A stretch of DNA of 64,000 bases from Gammaproteobacteria bacterium (GTDB lineage: Bacteria > Pseudomonadota > Gammaproteobacteria > Eutrophobiales > Eutrophobiaceae). Each line of letters opens with the position of its first letter. Within the stretch, counting starts at the first letter, position 1. Under the pieces are notes generated by a model. That model saw only the letters and a program-made list of their open reading frames with translations. It had not been told where the DNA came from and made no database searches. The translations under genes and the position numbers were made by a program. Of the stretch, positions 28,466 through 41,384 are shown in pieces. The stretch covers positions 2,724,376-2,788,375 of the forward strand of contig OZ271833.1 in assembly GCA_965601665.1 (NCBI GenBank), given 5' to 3'.

Positions 28466-28576
28466 ATCAAGGTGCAGTTCGCTGCAGAGGTCACCGTTGA
28501 CCATGGTCCGGGCAAGTTGCCGGGCTTAACTTTAAATGGATATGCGTATGTGTATCCAACAAAAAGGAGGCAAAAA

Positions 28577-29098
28577 GTGGGTCTAAATCTGGATGCAAAA
28601 AAGGCAATAGTAGATGAGATTGCCAATGTTGCAGCAGAGGCTCCTTCTGCAATCGCGGCCGAGTACATCGGTTTAACGGTGGCTGACATGACTAAACTGC
28701 GTACCTCAGCGCGAGAGTCGGGTGTGTACCTCAAAGTGGTACGTAACACTCTGGCGCGTAGAGCATTTGAAAATTCAAATTTCGAATGCATGCGAGACAG
28801 TCTGGTTGGGCCATTGGTATATGCATTTTCCAGTGATGAACCTGGAAGTGCTGCCCGTGTTATCCGCGATTTTTCCAAAGAAAATGACAAACTGGTTGTT
28901 AAGCTGGTTGCGCTCGATGGTCAATTGCTTGACCCGTCAGAGCTTGACCGCCTGGCCAGTATGCCATCGCAGGATGAGGCTCGCGCCATGTTACTTGGAT
29001 TACTTTCCGCTCCAATGGGCAAGTTTGTTCGCACCATCAACGAGGTACCGTCGAAGTTCGCACGTGTACTCGCTGCAAAGCGCGACCAGGCTGCTTAA
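28577..29098 (+). CDS. rplJ: 50S ribosomal protein L10
   Basis: GTG start after AGGAGG; Y.GLTV..MT.LR..AR..GVYLKVVRNTLARRA. Confidence 0.97.
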   Translation: MGLNLDAKKAIVDEIANVAAEAPSAIAAEYIGLTVADMTKLRTSARESGVYLKVVRNTLARRAFENSNFECMRDSLVGPLVYAFSSDEPGSAARVIRDFSKENDKLVVKLVALDGQLLDPSELDRLASMPSQDEARAMLLGLLSAPMGKFVRTINEVPSKFARVLAAKRDQAA

Positions 29099-29147
29099 GC
29101 GGGCTAGTCCTGATTAAAGTTTAGTTTTTATTCGGAGGAATTTGAAA

Positions 29148-29528
29148 ATGGCTGTATCTAAAGACGAAATTAAGGAAGCGCTGGGACAGATGCCTGTTCT
29201 GGAACTGGTTGACCTGATTAAGGAACTGGAAGATGAATGGGGCGTATCTGCCGCTGCACCTGTTGCCGTTGCTGCTGCTGGTGCTGCTGCTGGCGATACC
29301 GGTGCTGCTGAAGAAAAAGACGAATTTGATGTCGTCATGAGCAGTTTTGGCGATAACAAGGTTGCTGTCATTAAAGCAGTTCGCGGTGTTACCGGACTTG
29401 GCCTGAAAGAAGCCAAGGAAATGGTTGAAGGTGCCCCTTCTACCATCAAGGAAGGCGCCAACAAGGAAGAAGCTGAAGACATCAAAAAGCAGCTTGAAGA
29501 AGCAGGTGCTTCTGTCGAACTTAAATAA
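29148..29528 (+). CDS. rplL: 50S ribosomal protein L7/L12
   Basis: [12 protein letters not shown] hinge; [18 protein letters not shown]; ATG 29148 after GGAGG. Confidence 0.98.
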   Translation: MAVSKDEIKEALGQMPVLELVDLIKELEDEWGVSAAAPVAVAAAGAAAGDTGAAEEKDEFDVVMSSFGDNKVAVIKAVRGVTGLGLKEAKEMVEGAPSTIKEGANKEEAEDIKKQLEEAGASVELK

Positions 29529-29555
29529 TCACTTGCATATTAGGTTCAAACACTT

Positions 29556-29604
29556 GGCCAGCAGGCGATGAAAATTGCCTGTTGGTTTTGTGCGCCTTTT
29601 TTTT
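29556..29604 (+). terminator. rplL-rpoB attenuator-like hairpin (P26-like position)
   Basis: 14-bp stem GGCCAGCAGGCGAT-GAAA-ATTGCCTGTTGGTT with G-U pairs, followed by U-rich runs. Confidence 0.65.
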
Positions 29605-29686
29605 GGCAGTTGGGTTAAACCTGACACGTATACCGACACAGTTATGTGTTGGCACTGAATGAAATACTTTATTACGAGGAATTGTA

Positions 29687-32600
29687 ATGGCCTATTCCTA
29701 TACTGAGAAAAAACGTATCCGCAAGGATTTCAGTAAACGTCCTAGTATTCTGGATGTACCTTACCTGGTTGAGACGCAGATAGAATCATTTGATCAGTTC
29801 TTACAGGTTGGCAATCAGCCGGAAGAACGAACCGATACTGGATTGCAAGCGGCTTTTAAATCAGTGTTCCCCATCGAAAGTTTCTCCGGGAATGCCGCAC
29901 TGGAATATGTCAGTTACAGTCTCGGCACCCCGGTGTTTGACGTCAAGGAATGTCAACTTCGTGGACTGACCTACGCGGCTTCGCTTCGCGTCAAGGTTAG
30001 ATTGATAATTTATGACAAGGAGGCTGGTTTAAATAACAAGGTCGTTAAAGATATCAAGGAACAGGAAGTCTACATGGGTGAAATGCCCTTGATGACTCGT
30101 ACCGGCACCTTTGTTATCAATGGCACCGAACGCGTTATAGTTTCACAAATGCATCGTTCGCCCGGTGTTTTCTTTGAACATGATAAGGGTAAGACGCATT
30201 CTTCAGGCAAGCTTTTGTATTCTGCCAGGGTAATACCCTACCGTGGTTCATGGCTTGATTTTGAGTTTGATCCCAAGGATTTGGTGTACTGTCGTATAGA
30301 CCGTCGTCGTAAAATACATGCAACGATATTGCTGCGTGCACTTGGTTATAGCACCGAAGAAATGCTGGCGCTGTTTTTTGATACGGACACGTTCCATCTC
30401 TCTTCAAAAGGCATCACGCTTGACCTTGTGCCGGATCGACTTCGTGGCGAAACAGCTTCGTTCGATATTGAGGACAAGAAAGGCAATATCATTGTTGAAA
30501 AGGAACGCCGAATCACGGCCAGACATATCCGGGAAATGGAAAGTGCAGGCCTGTCCAAGCTTTCGGTACCTGCCGAATACCTGATTGATAAGGTCATTGC
30601 CAGGGATATCGTCGATACTGATACAGGTGAAATTGAATTCGAAGCCAACACCATTATTACTGAAGAAGTCCTGGAGAAATTACAGGAAAAGAAAAAGCTC
30701 GAACTCGAAACTATATACACCAACGACCTGGATAATGGTCCATACATTGCGGATACTCTGCGTGATGACCCAAGTACCAATCAGCTTGAGGCACAGGTAG
30801 AAATCTATCGCATGATGCGTCCAGGTGAGCCGCCGACAAAAGATGCGGCTGAAAACCTTTTTAAAAACCTGTTCTTCAGTTCAGACCGCTACGATCTGTC
30901 TGCCGTAGGACGGATGAAATTTAATCGTCGCGTCGGCAGAAAGGAAGTTGAAGGTGATGGGGTATTATCAAATGAAGATATCACCGATGTATTGAGGACT
31001 TTGATCGATATCAGAAACGGTAAGGGTACGATTGATGACATCGATCACCTCGGTAACCGCCGCATTCGTAGCGTCGGTGAGATGGCTGAGAACCAGTTCC
31101 GTGTTGGCCTTGTGCGGGTTGAAAGAGCCGTTAAGGAGCGATTGAGCCTCGCTGAATCCGAAGGGTTAATGCCACAGGAAATCATCAACGCAAAGCCCGT
31201 CTCTGCAGTCATTAAGGAATTTTTTGGTTCCAGCCAGCTGTCCCAGTTTATGGACCAGAATAACCCGCTTTCTGAAATTACTCACAAACGAAGGATTTCA
31301 GCACTCGGGCCTGGCGGTCTTACCCGCGAACGCGCTGGATTTGAAGTCCGTGATGTGCATCCGACTCATTACGGACGAGTTTGTCCAATTGAGACCCCGG
31401 AAGGGCCGAACATTGGTTTGATTAATTCATTGGCTGTTTATGCCCGTACCAACCAGTATGGATTCCTTGAGACGCCATACAGGAAAGTGGTTGATGGCAA
31501 GGTCACCGATGAGATCGAATACCTATCTGCTATTGAGGAGGGTGAATACATCATTGCCCAGGCCAGTGCTACTGTAGACGAGAAAGGCAACTTGATTGAT
31601 GAGCTTGTATCAAGTCGACATAAAAACGAATTCACAATGTCGACGCCAGATAAAATTAATTATATGGACGTCTCGCCACGACAGATTGTATCCGTGGCTG
31701 CTTCGTTGATTCCTTTCCTGGAGCACGATGACGCCAACAGGGCATTGATGGGTTCAAACATGCAACGTCAGGCAGTGCCGACGCTTCGAACCGATAAACC
31801 ACTGGTTGGTACCGGGATTGAAAGACGTGTTGCAATTGACTCTGGCGTGACTGTTGTTTCTGAACGTGGAGGCATCGTCGACTCAGTTGACGCCAGCCGT
31901 ATTGTGGTCAGGGTTAACGATGATGAAGTCGTTCCGGGTGAGCCGGGTGTCGATATCTACAACCTGACCAAGTATACCCGTTCCAACCAGAACACCTGCA
32001 TTAACCAGAAACCATTGGTTAAACCAGGTGACCAGATTGCCAGTGGTGATGTACTTGCTGATGGTCCATCAACTGATATGGGTGAGCTTGCACTGGGGCA
32101 AAACATGCTGGTCGCGTTCATGCCATGGAATGGTTACAACTTCGAGGATTCGATACTGCTTTCAGAAAAGCTGGTGAAAGAAGATCGTTACACGACTATC
32201 CATATTGAAGAACTGACCTGTGTTGCACGAGACACCAAACTTGGCTCTGAAGAAATTTCTTCTGATATTCCTAACGTAAGCGAAAGCGCGTTAAACAAAC
32301 TGGATGAATCAGGCATTGTTTATATAGGCGCTGAAGTCAACGTGGGCGATATTCTTGTCGGCAAGGTAACACCAAAAGGTGAAACGCAGCTGACGCCTGA
32401 AGAAAAATTGTTACGCGCCATCTTCGGTGAAAAAGCCTCCGACGTTAAGGATACGTCACTACGCGTGCCTTCAGGTATGAATGGCACCGTTATCGACGTA
32501 CAGGTCTTTACCCGTGATGGCGTTGAAAAAGATGCCCGTGCACTGGAAATTGAAGAGTCAGAACTGAACAGTGTGCGTAAAGATTTAAATGACCAGTTGC

Positions 32601-33763
32601 GCATTATGGAAGATGGTGTTTTCCAGCGCATCGAAAAACTGCTGCACGGCAAATTAGCAGAAGGTGGTCCGTCAGGCCTTAAATCCGGTGACAAAATCAC
32701 CAAAGACTACCTTGATAATTTGTCCCGTGATAAGTGGTTTGAAATCAGGTTAAAGAACGAAGAGGCTAATCAGCAAATGGAAAAAGCGGCTGAGCAATTG
32801 GCTTCATTGAAAGAAGACTTTGATGGTCGGTTCGAAGAAAAACGCGCGAAATTGACCTCGGGTGATGATTTGGCTCCCGGCGTTTTGAAAATGGTCAAGG
32901 TTTACCTCGCCGTAAAGCGCCGTATCCAGCCAGGCGACAAAATGGCTGGCCGACACGGTAACAAGGGTGTGATATCAACCATCGTGCCGGTAGAAGATAT
33001 GCCGCATATGGAAGACGGTACACCTGTCGACGTGGTGCTTAACCCGCTTGGTGTGCCATCCCGCATGAATGTCGGTCAGGTGCTTGAAACTCACCTTGGC
33101 TGGGCCGCAAAAGGCGTCGGTTTGAAACTCGGCAAAATGCTGCAACAGCAGGCTGCCATCGCAGAGATGCGCCAGTTTCTGGACAAGGTTTATAACGCCA
33201 GCGGCAAACAGGAAGATCTGGATTCATTTACCGACAAGGAAATTCTGGAATTGGCTGAAAACCTGAAGGGTGGCGTACCAATGGCAACGCCGGTATTTGA
33301 CGGTGCCAGCGAAGCCGAGATAAAAAACATGCTTAAGCTCGCAGACCTTCCTGAAGACGGTCAGACCACGCTATACGATGGGCGCACGGGTGATGCATTT
33401 GAACGCAAGGTAACCGTCGGTTACATGTACATGCTTAAACTCAACCATCTGGTTGATGACAAGATGCATGCTCGTTCTACCGGGCCATACAGTCTCGTTA
33501 CGCAGCAACCTCTCGGTGGTAAAGCCCAGTTCGGCGGCCAGCGATTCGGTGAGATGGAAGTCTGGGCACTGGAAGCCTACGGTGCCGCCTATACCTTGCA
33601 GGAAATGCTGACTGTCAAATCGGACGATGTGAATGGACGTACGAAAATGTACAAGAACATCGTCGATGGTAACCACACCATGGAAGCCGGCATGCCTGAG
33701 TCATTTAACGTCTTGTTAAAGGAAATACGTTCGCTCGGTATTGATATCGAACTGGAACAGTAA
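29687..33763 (+). CDS. rpoB: RNA polymerase beta subunit
   Basis: [15 protein letters not shown]; [25 protein letters not shown]; [12 protein letters not shown]; 1358 aa. Confidence 0.99.
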   Translation: MAYSYTEKKRIRKDFSKRPSILDVPYLVETQIESFDQFLQVGNQPEERTDTGLQAAFKSVFPIESFSGNAALEYVSYSLGTPVFDVKECQLRGLTYAASLRVKVRLIIYDKEAGLNNKVVKDIKEQEVYMGEMPLMTRTGTFVINGTERVIVSQMHRSPGVFFEHDKGKTHSSGKLLYSARVIPYRGSWLDFEFDPKDLVYCRIDRRRKIHATILLRALGYSTEEMLALFFDTDTFHLSSKGITLDLVPDRLRGETASFDIEDKKGNIIVEKERRITARHIREMESAGLSKLSVPAEYLIDKVIARDIVDTDTGEIEFEANTIITEEVLEKLQEKKKLELETIYTNDLDNGPYIADTLRDDPSTNQLEAQVEIYRMMRPGEPPTKDAAENLFKNLFFSSDRYDLSAVGRMKFNRRVGRKEVEGDGVLSNEDITDVLRTLIDIRNGKGTIDDIDHLGNRRIRSVGEMAENQFRVGLVRVERAVKERLSLAESEGLMPQEIINAKPVSAVIKEFFGSSQLSQFMDQNNPLSEITHKRRISALGPGGLTRERAGFEVRDVHPTHYGRVCPIETPEGPNIGLINSLAVYARTNQYGFLETPYRKVVDGKVTDEIEYLSAIEEGEYIIAQASATVDEKGNLIDELVSSRHKNEFTMSTPDKINYMDVSPRQIVSVAASLIPFLEHDDANRALMGSNMQRQAVPTLRTDKPLVGTGIERRVAIDSGVTVVSERGGIVDSVDASRIVVRVNDDEVVPGEPGVDIYNLTKYTRSNQNTCINQKPLVKPGDQIASGDVLADGPSTDMGELALGQNMLVAFMPWNGYNFEDSILLSEKLVKEDRYTTIHIEELTCVARDTKLGSEEISSDIPNVSESALNKLDESGIVYIGAEVNVGDILVGKVTPKGETQLTPEEKLLRAIFGEKASDVKDTSLRVPSGMNGTVIDVQVFTRDGVEKDARALEIEESELNSVRKDLNDQLRIMEDGVFQRIEKLLHGKLAEGGPSGLKSGDKITKDYLDNLSRDKWFEIRLKNEEANQQMEKAAEQLASLKEDFDGRFEEKRAKLTSGDDLAPGVLKMVKVYLAVKRRIQPGDKMAGRHGNKGVISTIVPVEDMPHMEDGTPVDVVLNPLGVPSRMNVGQVLETHLGWAAKGVGLKLGKMLQQQAAIAEMRQFLDKVYNASGKQEDLDSFTDKEILELAENLKGGVPMATPVFDGASEAEIKNMLKLADLPEDGQTTLYDGRTGDAFERKVTVGYMYMLKLNHLVDDKMHARSTGPYSLVTQQPLGGKAQFGGQRFGEMEVWALEAYGAAYTLQEMLTVKSDDVNGRTKMYKNIVDGNHTMEAGMPESFNVLLKEIRSLGIDIELEQ

Positions 33764-33833
33764 AAGGCATGGTATACGAAATGAATTTATATATTGACGG
33801 GCAGATCTCACAACATCTCCCAGGAGGTAAACC

Positions 33834-36800
33834 TTGAAAGACTTACTCAAGCTTTTAAAGCAGCAGGGACAGGTCGAGGAATTTGATGCGATATCCATCG
33901 GTCTGGCTTCACCGGAAAAAATTCGTTCCTGGTCCTATGGAGAAGTCAAGAAACCGGAAACGATAAATTATCGAACGTTCAAACCAGAGCGTGACGGTTT
34001 ATTCTGCGCCAAGATTTTTGGCCCTGTTAAGGACTATGAGTGCCTGTGCGGAAAGTACAAAAGGTTAAAACATCGCGGTGTTGTCTGTGAGAAGTGTGGT
34101 GTTGAAGTCACGCTGTCAAAAGTACGCCGAGAGCGAATGGGCCATATTGATCTGGCCAGCCCGGTTGCACATATCTGGTATCTGAAATCATTGCCATCCC
34201 GAATGGGTTTGATGCTCGACATGACGTTGAGAGAAATAGAGCGCGTGCTTTATTTTGAGGCCTACGCGGTCATTGATCCCGGTATGACCGAGCTGGAACG
34301 TGGTCAAATGTTGACTGAGGAAAATTACCTGGAAGCAATTGAGCAATTTGGCGATGAATTTGAAGCCAAGATGGGTGCTGAAGCAATACGCGAGTTACTG
34401 AAATCGATTGATATTGATGCCGAAGTTGCGGAGCTGCGAGAAGAAATTCCAAACACCAATTCAGAAACCAAGCTGCGCAAGTTAACCAAGCGCTTGAAGT
34501 TGCTGGAAGCATTCCAGAACTCCGGAAACAAGCCTGAATGGATGGTTATGGAGGTATTGCCAGTATTACCGCCTGAGTTGCGCCCACTGGTGCCTCTTGA
34601 TGGTGGTCGCTTTGCAACTTCAGACCTGAATGACCTTTACCGCAGGGTCATCAATAGAAATAACCGCCTTAAACGTCTACTTGATTTAAACGCGCCGGAT
34701 ATCATCGTACGTAATGAAAAGCGTATGCTGCAGGAGTCGGTTGATGCCTTGCTCGATAACGGCAGACGTGGCCGCGCGATTACCGGTACCAACAAGTTGC
34801 CGCTCAAATCACTGGCAGACATGATTAAGGGCAAGCAAGGTCGCTTTCGCCAGAACCTGCTCGGTAAACGTGTCGACTATTCCGGCCGTTCGGTCATTGT
34901 TGTTGGTCCGACCCTGCGCCTGCATCAGTGTGGTATTCCAAAGAAGATGGCACTGGAACTGTTCAAGCCATTTATCTTCAGCAAGCTCGAGCGTCGCGGT
35001 CTTGCTACTACGATCAAGGCAGCCAAGAAACTTGTTGAACGTGAAGGCCCTGAAGTCTGGGACGTACTGGAAGAAGTTATTCGCGAACATCCGGTTATGC
35101 TTAACCGTGCGCCAACGCTGCATCGTCTGGGTATCCAGGCATTTGAACCCGTGTTGATTGAAGGCAAGGCCATTCAGTTACACCCACTAGTCTGTACCGC
35201 GTTTAACGCTGACTTTGATGGTGACCAGATGGCTGTTCACGTACCGCTGTCGGTTGAAGCCCAACTGGAAGCGCGCACGTTGATGATGTCGACCAACAAC
35301 ATTCTTTCGCCGGCAAACGGAGACCCAATTATTGTTCCTACCCAGGACGTTGTTCTTGGTCTTTACTATCTGACTCGTGAGACCGTGGCAGCCAAAGGTA
35401 CAGGGATGTTGTTTACTGATGTCGACGAAGTGCACCGCGCCTATGAAACCGGCGTCGTTGATTTGCAAGCTAAAATCCAGGTAAGGATTAAAGAAGTCAC
35501 GATTAATGAAGAAGGTGATAAGCAAGCAACCCTGAAACGTTATGAAACGACTGCAGGTCGAGCACTGTTGTCACGAATTCTGCCTGATGGTTTGCCTTTC
35601 GAAATGATTAACAAGGTATTGACCAAGAAAACCATTTCTTCACTTGTAAATACTTGTTACCGAAACCTGGAGTTGAAAGATACGGTCATTTTCTCTGACA
35701 GGCTGATGTACACCGGTTTTAAATACTCTACCCGTGCCGGTGTCTCTATCGGTGTAGAGGATATGGAAGTTCCGGTTGAAAAAGATGACATCATTACCAA
35801 GGCCGAAGACCAGGTAAAAGATTTTGAGGAACAATACGCTTCCGGTTTGATTACCGATGGCGAACGCTACAACAAGGTGGTGGATATCTGGTCTCACACA
35901 AATGACCAGGTTGCCAAGGCCATGATGGACAAACTGGGTATTGATATCCGTACCGATAAGGATGGCAATGAAGTTAAAGAACCATCGTTTAACTCTATCT
36001 ATATGATGGCTGATTCCGGTGCCCGAGGCTCTGCCGCGCAGATCAGGCAGCTTGCCGGTATGCGAGGCCTGATGGCCAAGCCGGACGGTTCTATTATTGA
36101 AACGCCGATTACGGCTAACTTCCGTGAAGGTCTGGACGTTTTACAGTACTTTATTTCTACACACGGCGCGCGTAAGGGTCTGGCAGATACAGCGTTAAAG
36201 ACCGCTAACTCCGGTTACCTGACGCGTCGACTGGTTGATGTCGCCCAGGATCTGGTAGTGACCGAGCAAGATTGCGGCACCGAACAGGGACTGGAAATGA
36301 CGCCCATCATTGACGGTGGCGACGTTATTGAGCCGTTGCGCGAACGTGTCCTTGGTCGAGTGCTGGCAAAAGACGCGGTCAAGATGAATGGTGAGGTGGC
36401 TGTAAAGGCGGGCACCTTGCTGGATGAGCACTATGTGGAAGTATTGGATGAGGTTGGTATAGACCAGGTCGTCGTGCGTTCCGCTATTACCTGTGAAACC
36501 CGTTACGGTATTTGCCGTATGTGTTATGGCCGTGATCTTGGCCGTGGGCATCTGGTAAATATCGGCGAAGCCGTTGGTGTCATTGCTGCCCAATCCATTG
36601 GTGAGCCCGGCACCCAGTTGACGATGCGTACATTCCATATTGGTGGTGCAGCATCCAGGGCAGCCGCGATCAGTAATATCGAAGTCAAGAACGGTGGTAC
36701 CGTTAGACTGCAGAATGTGAAAACATTGGAGCAGGACACGGGTAACCGGGTGGTTGTTTCCCGTTCCGGTGAAGTGGCCATCCTTGACGATGTGGGCCGC

Positions 36801-38069
36801 GAGCGTGAACGTTATAAAGTCCCGTATGGTGCGGTCATTACCGCAGATGACGGTGAAGCGGTGGATTCAGGACAGCAGATAGCGAACTGGGATCCGCATA
36901 CCCACCCCGTCATCTCCGAAGTGACGGGTAAAGTCCAGTTCCAGGATATCGAGGAAGGTGTCACGGTTACCCGTCATGTTGACGAAATCACGGGCCTGAC
37001 CAATATTGTTATCATGGAACCCAAGCAGCGTGCTGCAAATTCCAAGGACATGCGCCCAACCGTCAAACTGGTTGATGAAAATGGTGAAGATCTGAAGATT
37101 CCGGGTACTGACCAGCTGGCGCACTACCTGTTGCCACCAAAAGCCGTGATAAACGTGAGTGATGGCAAGGCCGTCAGCGTTGGTGATGTTATCGCAAGAT
37201 TGCCACAGGAATCTGCCAAAACACGAGATATTACCGGTGGTCTGCCTCGTGTTGCTGACCTGTTTGAAGCACGTAAACCGAAAGAACCTGCGGTGCTGGC
37301 CGAGATTTCCGGTACCGTGAGTTTTGGTAAGGAGACGAAAGGCAAGCAGCGTATTGTCCTGACGGGCCCCAGTGATCAGGTGCACGAGGAATTGATACCA
37401 AAATGGCGTCATGTCAGTGTGTTTGAGGGTGAGCATGTAGAAAAAGGTGAAGCCATCGTGGACGGTCCGCCGGCACCACATGATATTTTGCGCCTCAAGG
37501 GCGTTGTCGCGTTAACCAACTACATTGCCAGTGAAATACAGGATGTGTATCGCCTTCAGGGTGTAAAGATTAACGACAAGCATATCGAGGTTATCGTGCG
37601 TCAAATGCTGCGAAAATCCGAGATCACCGAATCCGGCGACACTGAATTTCTCAAAGGCGAACAGCTGGAGCGTCCACGCGTACTTGAAGAAAATGAGAAG
37701 GTTGAGGCCGAAGGCAAACAGCCCGCTCAGTGGGAGCCGATTCTGCTGGGTATTACCAAGGCGTCGCTGTCTACCGATTCATTCATTTCAGCGGCTTCAT
37801 TCCAGGAGACCACGCGTGTCCTTACCGAGGCCAGTGTCAACGGAAAACGCGATGATCTGCGTGGTCTGAAGGAGAATGTCATCGTCGGTCGTCTGATTCC
37901 GGCTGGTACCGGTCTTTCCTACCATGCCGAGCGTCAGAATCGCGAGGAAGAGGATGCTATGGCTGAAGTCAGCGCGGAATTGAGCGAGATCGAAGATGTC
38001 GAAATTCCGTCAACTGATGCGCCTCGGAGCGAAGATTCTGAGTCGGTTGAAGGTACAACAGGAAGCTGA
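33834..38069 (+). CDS. rpoC: RNA polymerase beta' subunit
   Basis: TTG start after AGGAGG; N-terminal Zn finger; [13 protein letters not shown]; 1411 aa. Confidence 0.99.
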   Translation: MKDLLKLLKQQGQVEEFDAISIGLASPEKIRSWSYGEVKKPETINYRTFKPERDGLFCAKIFGPVKDYECLCGKYKRLKHRGVVCEKCGVEVTLSKVRRERMGHIDLASPVAHIWYLKSLPSRMGLMLDMTLREIERVLYFEAYAVIDPGMTELERGQMLTEENYLEAIEQFGDEFEAKMGAEAIRELLKSIDIDAEVAELREEIPNTNSETKLRKLTKRLKLLEAFQNSGNKPEWMVMEVLPVLPPELRPLVPLDGGRFATSDLNDLYRRVINRNNRLKRLLDLNAPDIIVRNEKRMLQESVDALLDNGRRGRAITGTNKLPLKSLADMIKGKQGRFRQNLLGKRVDYSGRSVIVVGPTLRLHQCGIPKKMALELFKPFIFSKLERRGLATTIKAAKKLVEREGPEVWDVLEEVIREHPVMLNRAPTLHRLGIQAFEPVLIEGKAIQLHPLVCTAFNADFDGDQMAVHVPLSVEAQLEARTLMMSTNNILSPANGDPIIVPTQDVVLGLYYLTRETVAAKGTGMLFTDVDEVHRAYETGVVDLQAKIQVRIKEVTINEEGDKQATLKRYETTAGRALLSRILPDGLPFEMINKVLTKKTISSLVNTCYRNLELKDTVIFSDRLMYTGFKYSTRAGVSIGVEDMEVPVEKDDIITKAEDQVKDFEEQYASGLITDGERYNKVVDIWSHTNDQVAKAMMDKLGIDIRTDKDGNEVKEPSFNSIYMMADSGARGSAAQIRQLAGMRGLMAKPDGSIIETPITANFREGLDVLQYFISTHGARKGLADTALKTANSGYLTRRLVDVAQDLVVTEQDCGTEQGLEMTPIIDGGDVIEPLRERVLGRVLAKDAVKMNGEVAVKAGTLLDEHYVEVLDEVGIDQVVVRSAITCETRYGICRMCYGRDLGRGHLVNIGEAVGVIAAQSIGEPGTQLTMRTFHIGGAASRAAAISNIEVKNGGTVRLQNVKTLEQDTGNRVVVSRSGEVAILDDVGRERERYKVPYGAVITADDGEAVDSGQQIANWDPHTHPVISEVTGKVQFQDIEEGVTVTRHVDEITGLTNIVIMEPKQRAANSKDMRPTVKLVDENGEDLKIPGTDQLAHYLLPPKAVINVSDGKAVSVGDVIARLPQESAKTRDITGGLPRVADLFEARKPKEPAVLAEISGTVSFGKETKGKQRIVLTGPSDQVHEELIPKWRHVSVFEGEHVEKGEAIVDGPPAPHDILRLKGVVALTNYIASEIQDVYRLQGVKINDKHIEVIVRQMLRKSEITESGDTEFLKGEQLERPRVLEENEKVEAEGKQPAQWEPILLGITKASLSTDSFISAASFQETTRVLTEASVNGKRDDLRGLKENVIVGRLIPAGTGLSYHAERQNREEEDAMAEVSAELSEIEDVEIPSTDAPRSEDSESVEGTTGS

Positions 38070-38088
38070 AAATAACCCTTAAACTTCC

Positions 38089-38125
38089 TTGACATAGAAG
38101 ACCTCGAAGACATAAAATCCCCGCC
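38089..38125 (+). promoter_or_regulatory. str operon sigma70 promoter
   Basis: TTGACA-18 bp-TAAAAT-CCCCGCC discriminator. Confidence 0.7.
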
Positions 38126-38128
38126 TCT

Positions 38129-38167
38129 TGTCAGGTCGGGTTCCACGCCGGCCTGACATTTTATTAT
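38129..38167 (+). terminator. Terminator-like hairpin downstream of rpoC, inside the predicted rpsL leader
   Basis: TGTCAGGTCGG-8 nt-CCGGCCTGACA then TTTTATTAT. Confidence 0.5.
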
Positions 38168-38352
38168 AAGTACGGAAAATACCACTGTAATCAATAAGAT
38201 ACAGTGGTTTTTTAACACCTCCAGGATATCCGAATTAGACGAATTCGCATGTCCGTACTGGTTTCAAGCGATATTCATTTTTTGAATATTCACAGTCCGG
38301 ACAGGTGAGGGGGTACTGTGCCCTTTTGATTTTGGAAAATAGATAAAAAATT

Positions 38353-38727
38353 ATGGCAACGATCAACCAATTAGTCAGGAAACCGCGCAAACGCCAGCGC
38401 GTAAAAAGCAATGTTCCAGCACTGGAAGCTTGTCCTCAGAAACGAGGCGTTTGTACGCGTGTTTACACCACTACGCCAAAGAAGCCGAACTCGGCATTAC
38501 GTAAAGTAGCCCGCGTAAGGTTAACAAATGGACAAGAAGTAACCACTTACATTGGTGGTGAAGGTCACAACCTCCAGGAGCACTCGGTCATCCTGATTCG
38601 TGGTGGTCGTGTAAAGGATTTACCCGGTGTTCGTTACCACACTGTACGTGGCACGCTCGATACATCAGGTGTTGCAGATCGAAAGCAGGGCCGTTCGAAA
38701 TATGGCGCCAAACGACCCAAGTCATAA
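38353..38727 (+). CDS. rpsL: 30S ribosomal protein S12
   Basis: [13 protein letters not shown]; [12 protein letters not shown]. Confidence 0.99.
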   Translation: MATINQLVRKPRKRQRVKSNVPALEACPQKRGVCTRVYTTTPKKPNSALRKVARVRLTNGQEVTTYIGGEGHNLQEHSVILIRGGRVKDLPGVRYHTVRGTLDTSGVADRKQGRSKYGAKRPKS

Positions 38728-38755
38728 CCTTATATATAAGTAACAGGAATTAAAC

Positions 38756-39226
38756 ATGTCCCGAAGACGCGTAGCCGATAAAAGACAGATTCTGCCGGAT
38801 CCGAAGTACAAGGATAAGGTGTTGGCCAAATTCATTAATATCATCATGCGTAGCGGTAAGAAATCTGTTGCCGAACAGATTGTTTATGGTGCGTTGAATG
38901 AGATCAGTGGCAAGGGCAACCCGGAGCCGCTGGAGGTCTTCAACAAGGCCATGGAAAATGTCAGGCCCCTGGTTGAGGTTAAATCTCGCCGTGTAGGGGG
39001 TGCGACTTACCAGATTCCTGTTGAAATTCGCCAGGACCGAAGCATCACTCTGGCAATGCGTTGGGTGGTGGATGCCGCCAAAAACCGCGGTGAAAAGAAC
39101 ATGGGTCTGCGCCTGGCAGGTGAATTAATGGATGCCTCTGAAAACAGGGGTTCAGCAATCAAGAAACGTGAAGATACGCACCGCATGGCCGAAGCCAACA
39201 AAGCGTTCTCTCACTATCGCTGGTAA
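38756..39226 (+). CDS. rpsG: 30S ribosomal protein S7
   Basis: [15 protein letters not shown]; [15 protein letters not shown]. Confidence 0.99.
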   Translation: MSRRRVADKRQILPDPKYKDKVLAKFINIIMRSGKKSVAEQIVYGALNEISGKGNPEPLEVFNKAMENVRPLVEVKSRRVGGATYQIPVEIRQDRSITLAMRWVVDAAKNRGEKNMGLRLAGELMDASENRGSAIKKREDTHRMAEANKAFSHYRW

Positions 39227-39250
39227 GCCGGTTACACAGGTATCATTATC

Positions 39251-41353
39251 ATGGCCCGCACAACACCCATCGAACGCTACCGAAATATCGGCATCATGGC
39301 GCACATCGACGCGGGCAAGACCACAACGACGGAACGCATTCTGTTTTACACGGGTGTCTCTCACAAAATTGGTGAAGTGCATGATGGCGCAGCCGTTATG
39401 GACTGGATGGAGCAGGAACAGGAACGCGGCATCACAATAACTTCTGCTGCTACTACCTGTTTCTGGCAGGGCACAGCGCAACAGTTTCCACAGCATCGAA
39501 TCAATATTATTGACACCCCGGGTCACGTTGATTTCACCATTGAAGTTGAACGTTCACTTCGTGTACTTGATGGTGCGTGTGCCGTCTTTTGCGCGGTAGG
39601 CGGCGTTGAACCACAGTCTGAAACCGTATGGCGCCAGGCCAATAAATATCATGTGCCCAGAATGGCATTTGTTAACAAAATGGACCGTGCCGGTGCAGAC
39701 TTTTTGCGTGTTGTTGATCAAATCAAAACCCGGCTCGCCAGCAACCCTGTGCCAATGCAATTACCCATCGGTGCCGAAGACAAGTTTGAAGGTGTTATAG
39801 ACCTGGTAAAGATGAAGGCGATTTACTGGGAAGATGAAAACATGGGTATCAAGTTTGAGGAAAAAGACATTCCTGCTGACTACCAGGAACTGGCCTCTGA
39901 GTGGCATGAAAACATGCTGGAAAGCGCGGCTGAAGCCTCGGAAGAGCTCATGGAAGCTTACCTTGAAGACAGTGAACTGTCTGAAGAACAAATCAAACAA
40001 GGTATTCGCATTCAGACGCTTGCCAATGAAATCGTACCGGTGTTTTGTGGTTCGGCATTCAAGAACAAGGGTGTACAGACCATGCTTGACGCTGTCATTG
40101 ATTACATGCCTTCTCCTATCGACGTGCCTGCTATTAAGGGACATCTGGATGACAAGGATGAGACTGAGGCAGAACGTCATGCCGATGATAAAGAGCCTTT
40201 TTCAGCGCTTGCCTTCAAGATTGCTACTGACCCGTTTGTCGGTAACCTGACCTTCTTCCGTGTTTATTCCGGTGCCATGGCGGCAGGTGATACCGTTTAT
40301 AACCCGATTAAGACCAGGAAAGAGCGTATTGGTCGCCTGCTACAAATGCATGCCAACAGTCGTGAGGAAATAAAAGAAGTACTTGCAGGTGATATCGCTG
40401 CTGCTGTTGGTCTTAAGGACGTCACTACCGGCGACACCCTTTGCGATATTAATAGCGTTATTACCCTTGAGCGAATGGAATTTCCGGACCCGGTAATCTC
40501 GGTTGCGGTGGAGCCAAAAACAAAGGTCGACCAGGAAAAAATGGGCCTGGCGCTTGGCAAGCTGGCCCAGGAAGATCCGTCTTTTCGTGTCCATACTGAT
40601 GAGGAATCTGGTCAGACAATTATCTCCGGTATGGGCGAGTTGCACCTCGAAATTATTGTCGATCGCCTGAAACGTGAGTTCAAGGTTGAGGCCAATGTAG
40701 GTAAACCACAGGTGGCCTACCGCGAAACGATCCGCAATACCCTGGAAAAGGCCGAAGGCAAATTTGTGCGTCAGTCAGGTGGTCGCGGTCAGTATGGACA
40801 CGTTATTTTCAGGATTGAGCCGAAGCCGGCTGGTGAGGGTTTTGAGTTCGTGAATGAAATAGTAGGCGGTGTTGTACCCAAGGAGTACATACCTGCCATT
40901 GAAAAAGGCGTTCAGGAACAGATGGAAAACGGTATTATCGCCGGCTACCCGGTAGTCGACGTAAAAGTCACTTTATACGATGGTTCGTATCATGATGTTG
41001 ACTCCAGCGAAATGGCGTTTAAAATCGCCGGCTCCATGGGATTCAAGGAAGGTGCCAGCAAGGCCAAACCGGTGCTGCTGGAGCCCATCATGAAAGTAGA
41101 GGTAGTAACCCCTGAGGAATACATGGGTACCGTCAACGGTGATTTGAATCGTAGACGGGGTATTTTGCAGGGCGCAGAAGATTCTCCCTCCGGCAAGATT
41201 ATTAAAGCAGAAGTTCCACTTAGCGAAATGTTCGGTTATGCGACCGACTTACGCTCGGCTACACAGGGTCGCGCCGTTTATACGATGGAATTTGCAAAAT
41301 ATAACGAAGTGCCAGCGAATATTGCTGACACGATTACTAACAGAAACCAATAA
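39251..41353 (+). CDS. fusA: Elongation factor G
   Basis: [47 protein letters not shown]. Confidence 0.99.
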   Translation: MARTTPIERYRNIGIMAHIDAGKTTTTERILFYTGVSHKIGEVHDGAAVMDWMEQEQERGITITSAATTCFWQGTAQQFPQHRINIIDTPGHVDFTIEVERSLRVLDGACAVFCAVGGVEPQSETVWRQANKYHVPRMAFVNKMDRAGADFLRVVDQIKTRLASNPVPMQLPIGAEDKFEGVIDLVKMKAIYWEDENMGIKFEEKDIPADYQELASEWHENMLESAAEASEELMEAYLEDSELSEEQIKQGIRIQTLANEIVPVFCGSAFKNKGVQTMLDAVIDYMPSPIDVPAIKGHLDDKDETEAERHADDKEPFSALAFKIATDPFVGNLTFFRVYSGAMAAGDTVYNPIKTRKERIGRLLQMHANSREEIKEVLAGDIAAAVGLKDVTTGDTLCDINSVITLERMEFPDPVISVAVEPKTKVDQEKMGLALGKLAQEDPSFRVHTDEESGQTIISGMGELHLEIIVDRLKREFKVEANVGKPQVAYRETIRNTLEKAEGKFVRQSGGRGQYGHVIFRIEPKPAGEGFEFVNEIVGGVVPKEYIPAIEKGVQEQMENGIIAGYPVVDVKVTLYDGSYHDVDSSEMAFKIAGSMGFKEGASKAKPVLLEPIMKVEVVTPEEYMGTVNGDLNRRRGILQGAEDSPSGKIIKAEVPLSEMFGYATDLRSATQGRAVYTMEFAKYNEVPANIADTITNRNQ

Positions 41354-41384
41354 TTGTATTCAATCAGTCAAGAGGTGATTAGCC

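Noticed and set aside
28430-28576. 49-aa N-terminal extension of L10 in the ORF track (similar extensions for secE, rpsH, rplF, trmL, gatB, gatC)
   Set aside because: Extensions overlap leaders, tRNAs or upstream genes; family-typical starts lie downstream.
31222-38640. Rifampicin or streptomycin resistance alleles in rpoB and rpsL
   Set aside because: The RpoB cluster I sequence and the S12 PKKPNS and RVKDLPG motifs look wild type.
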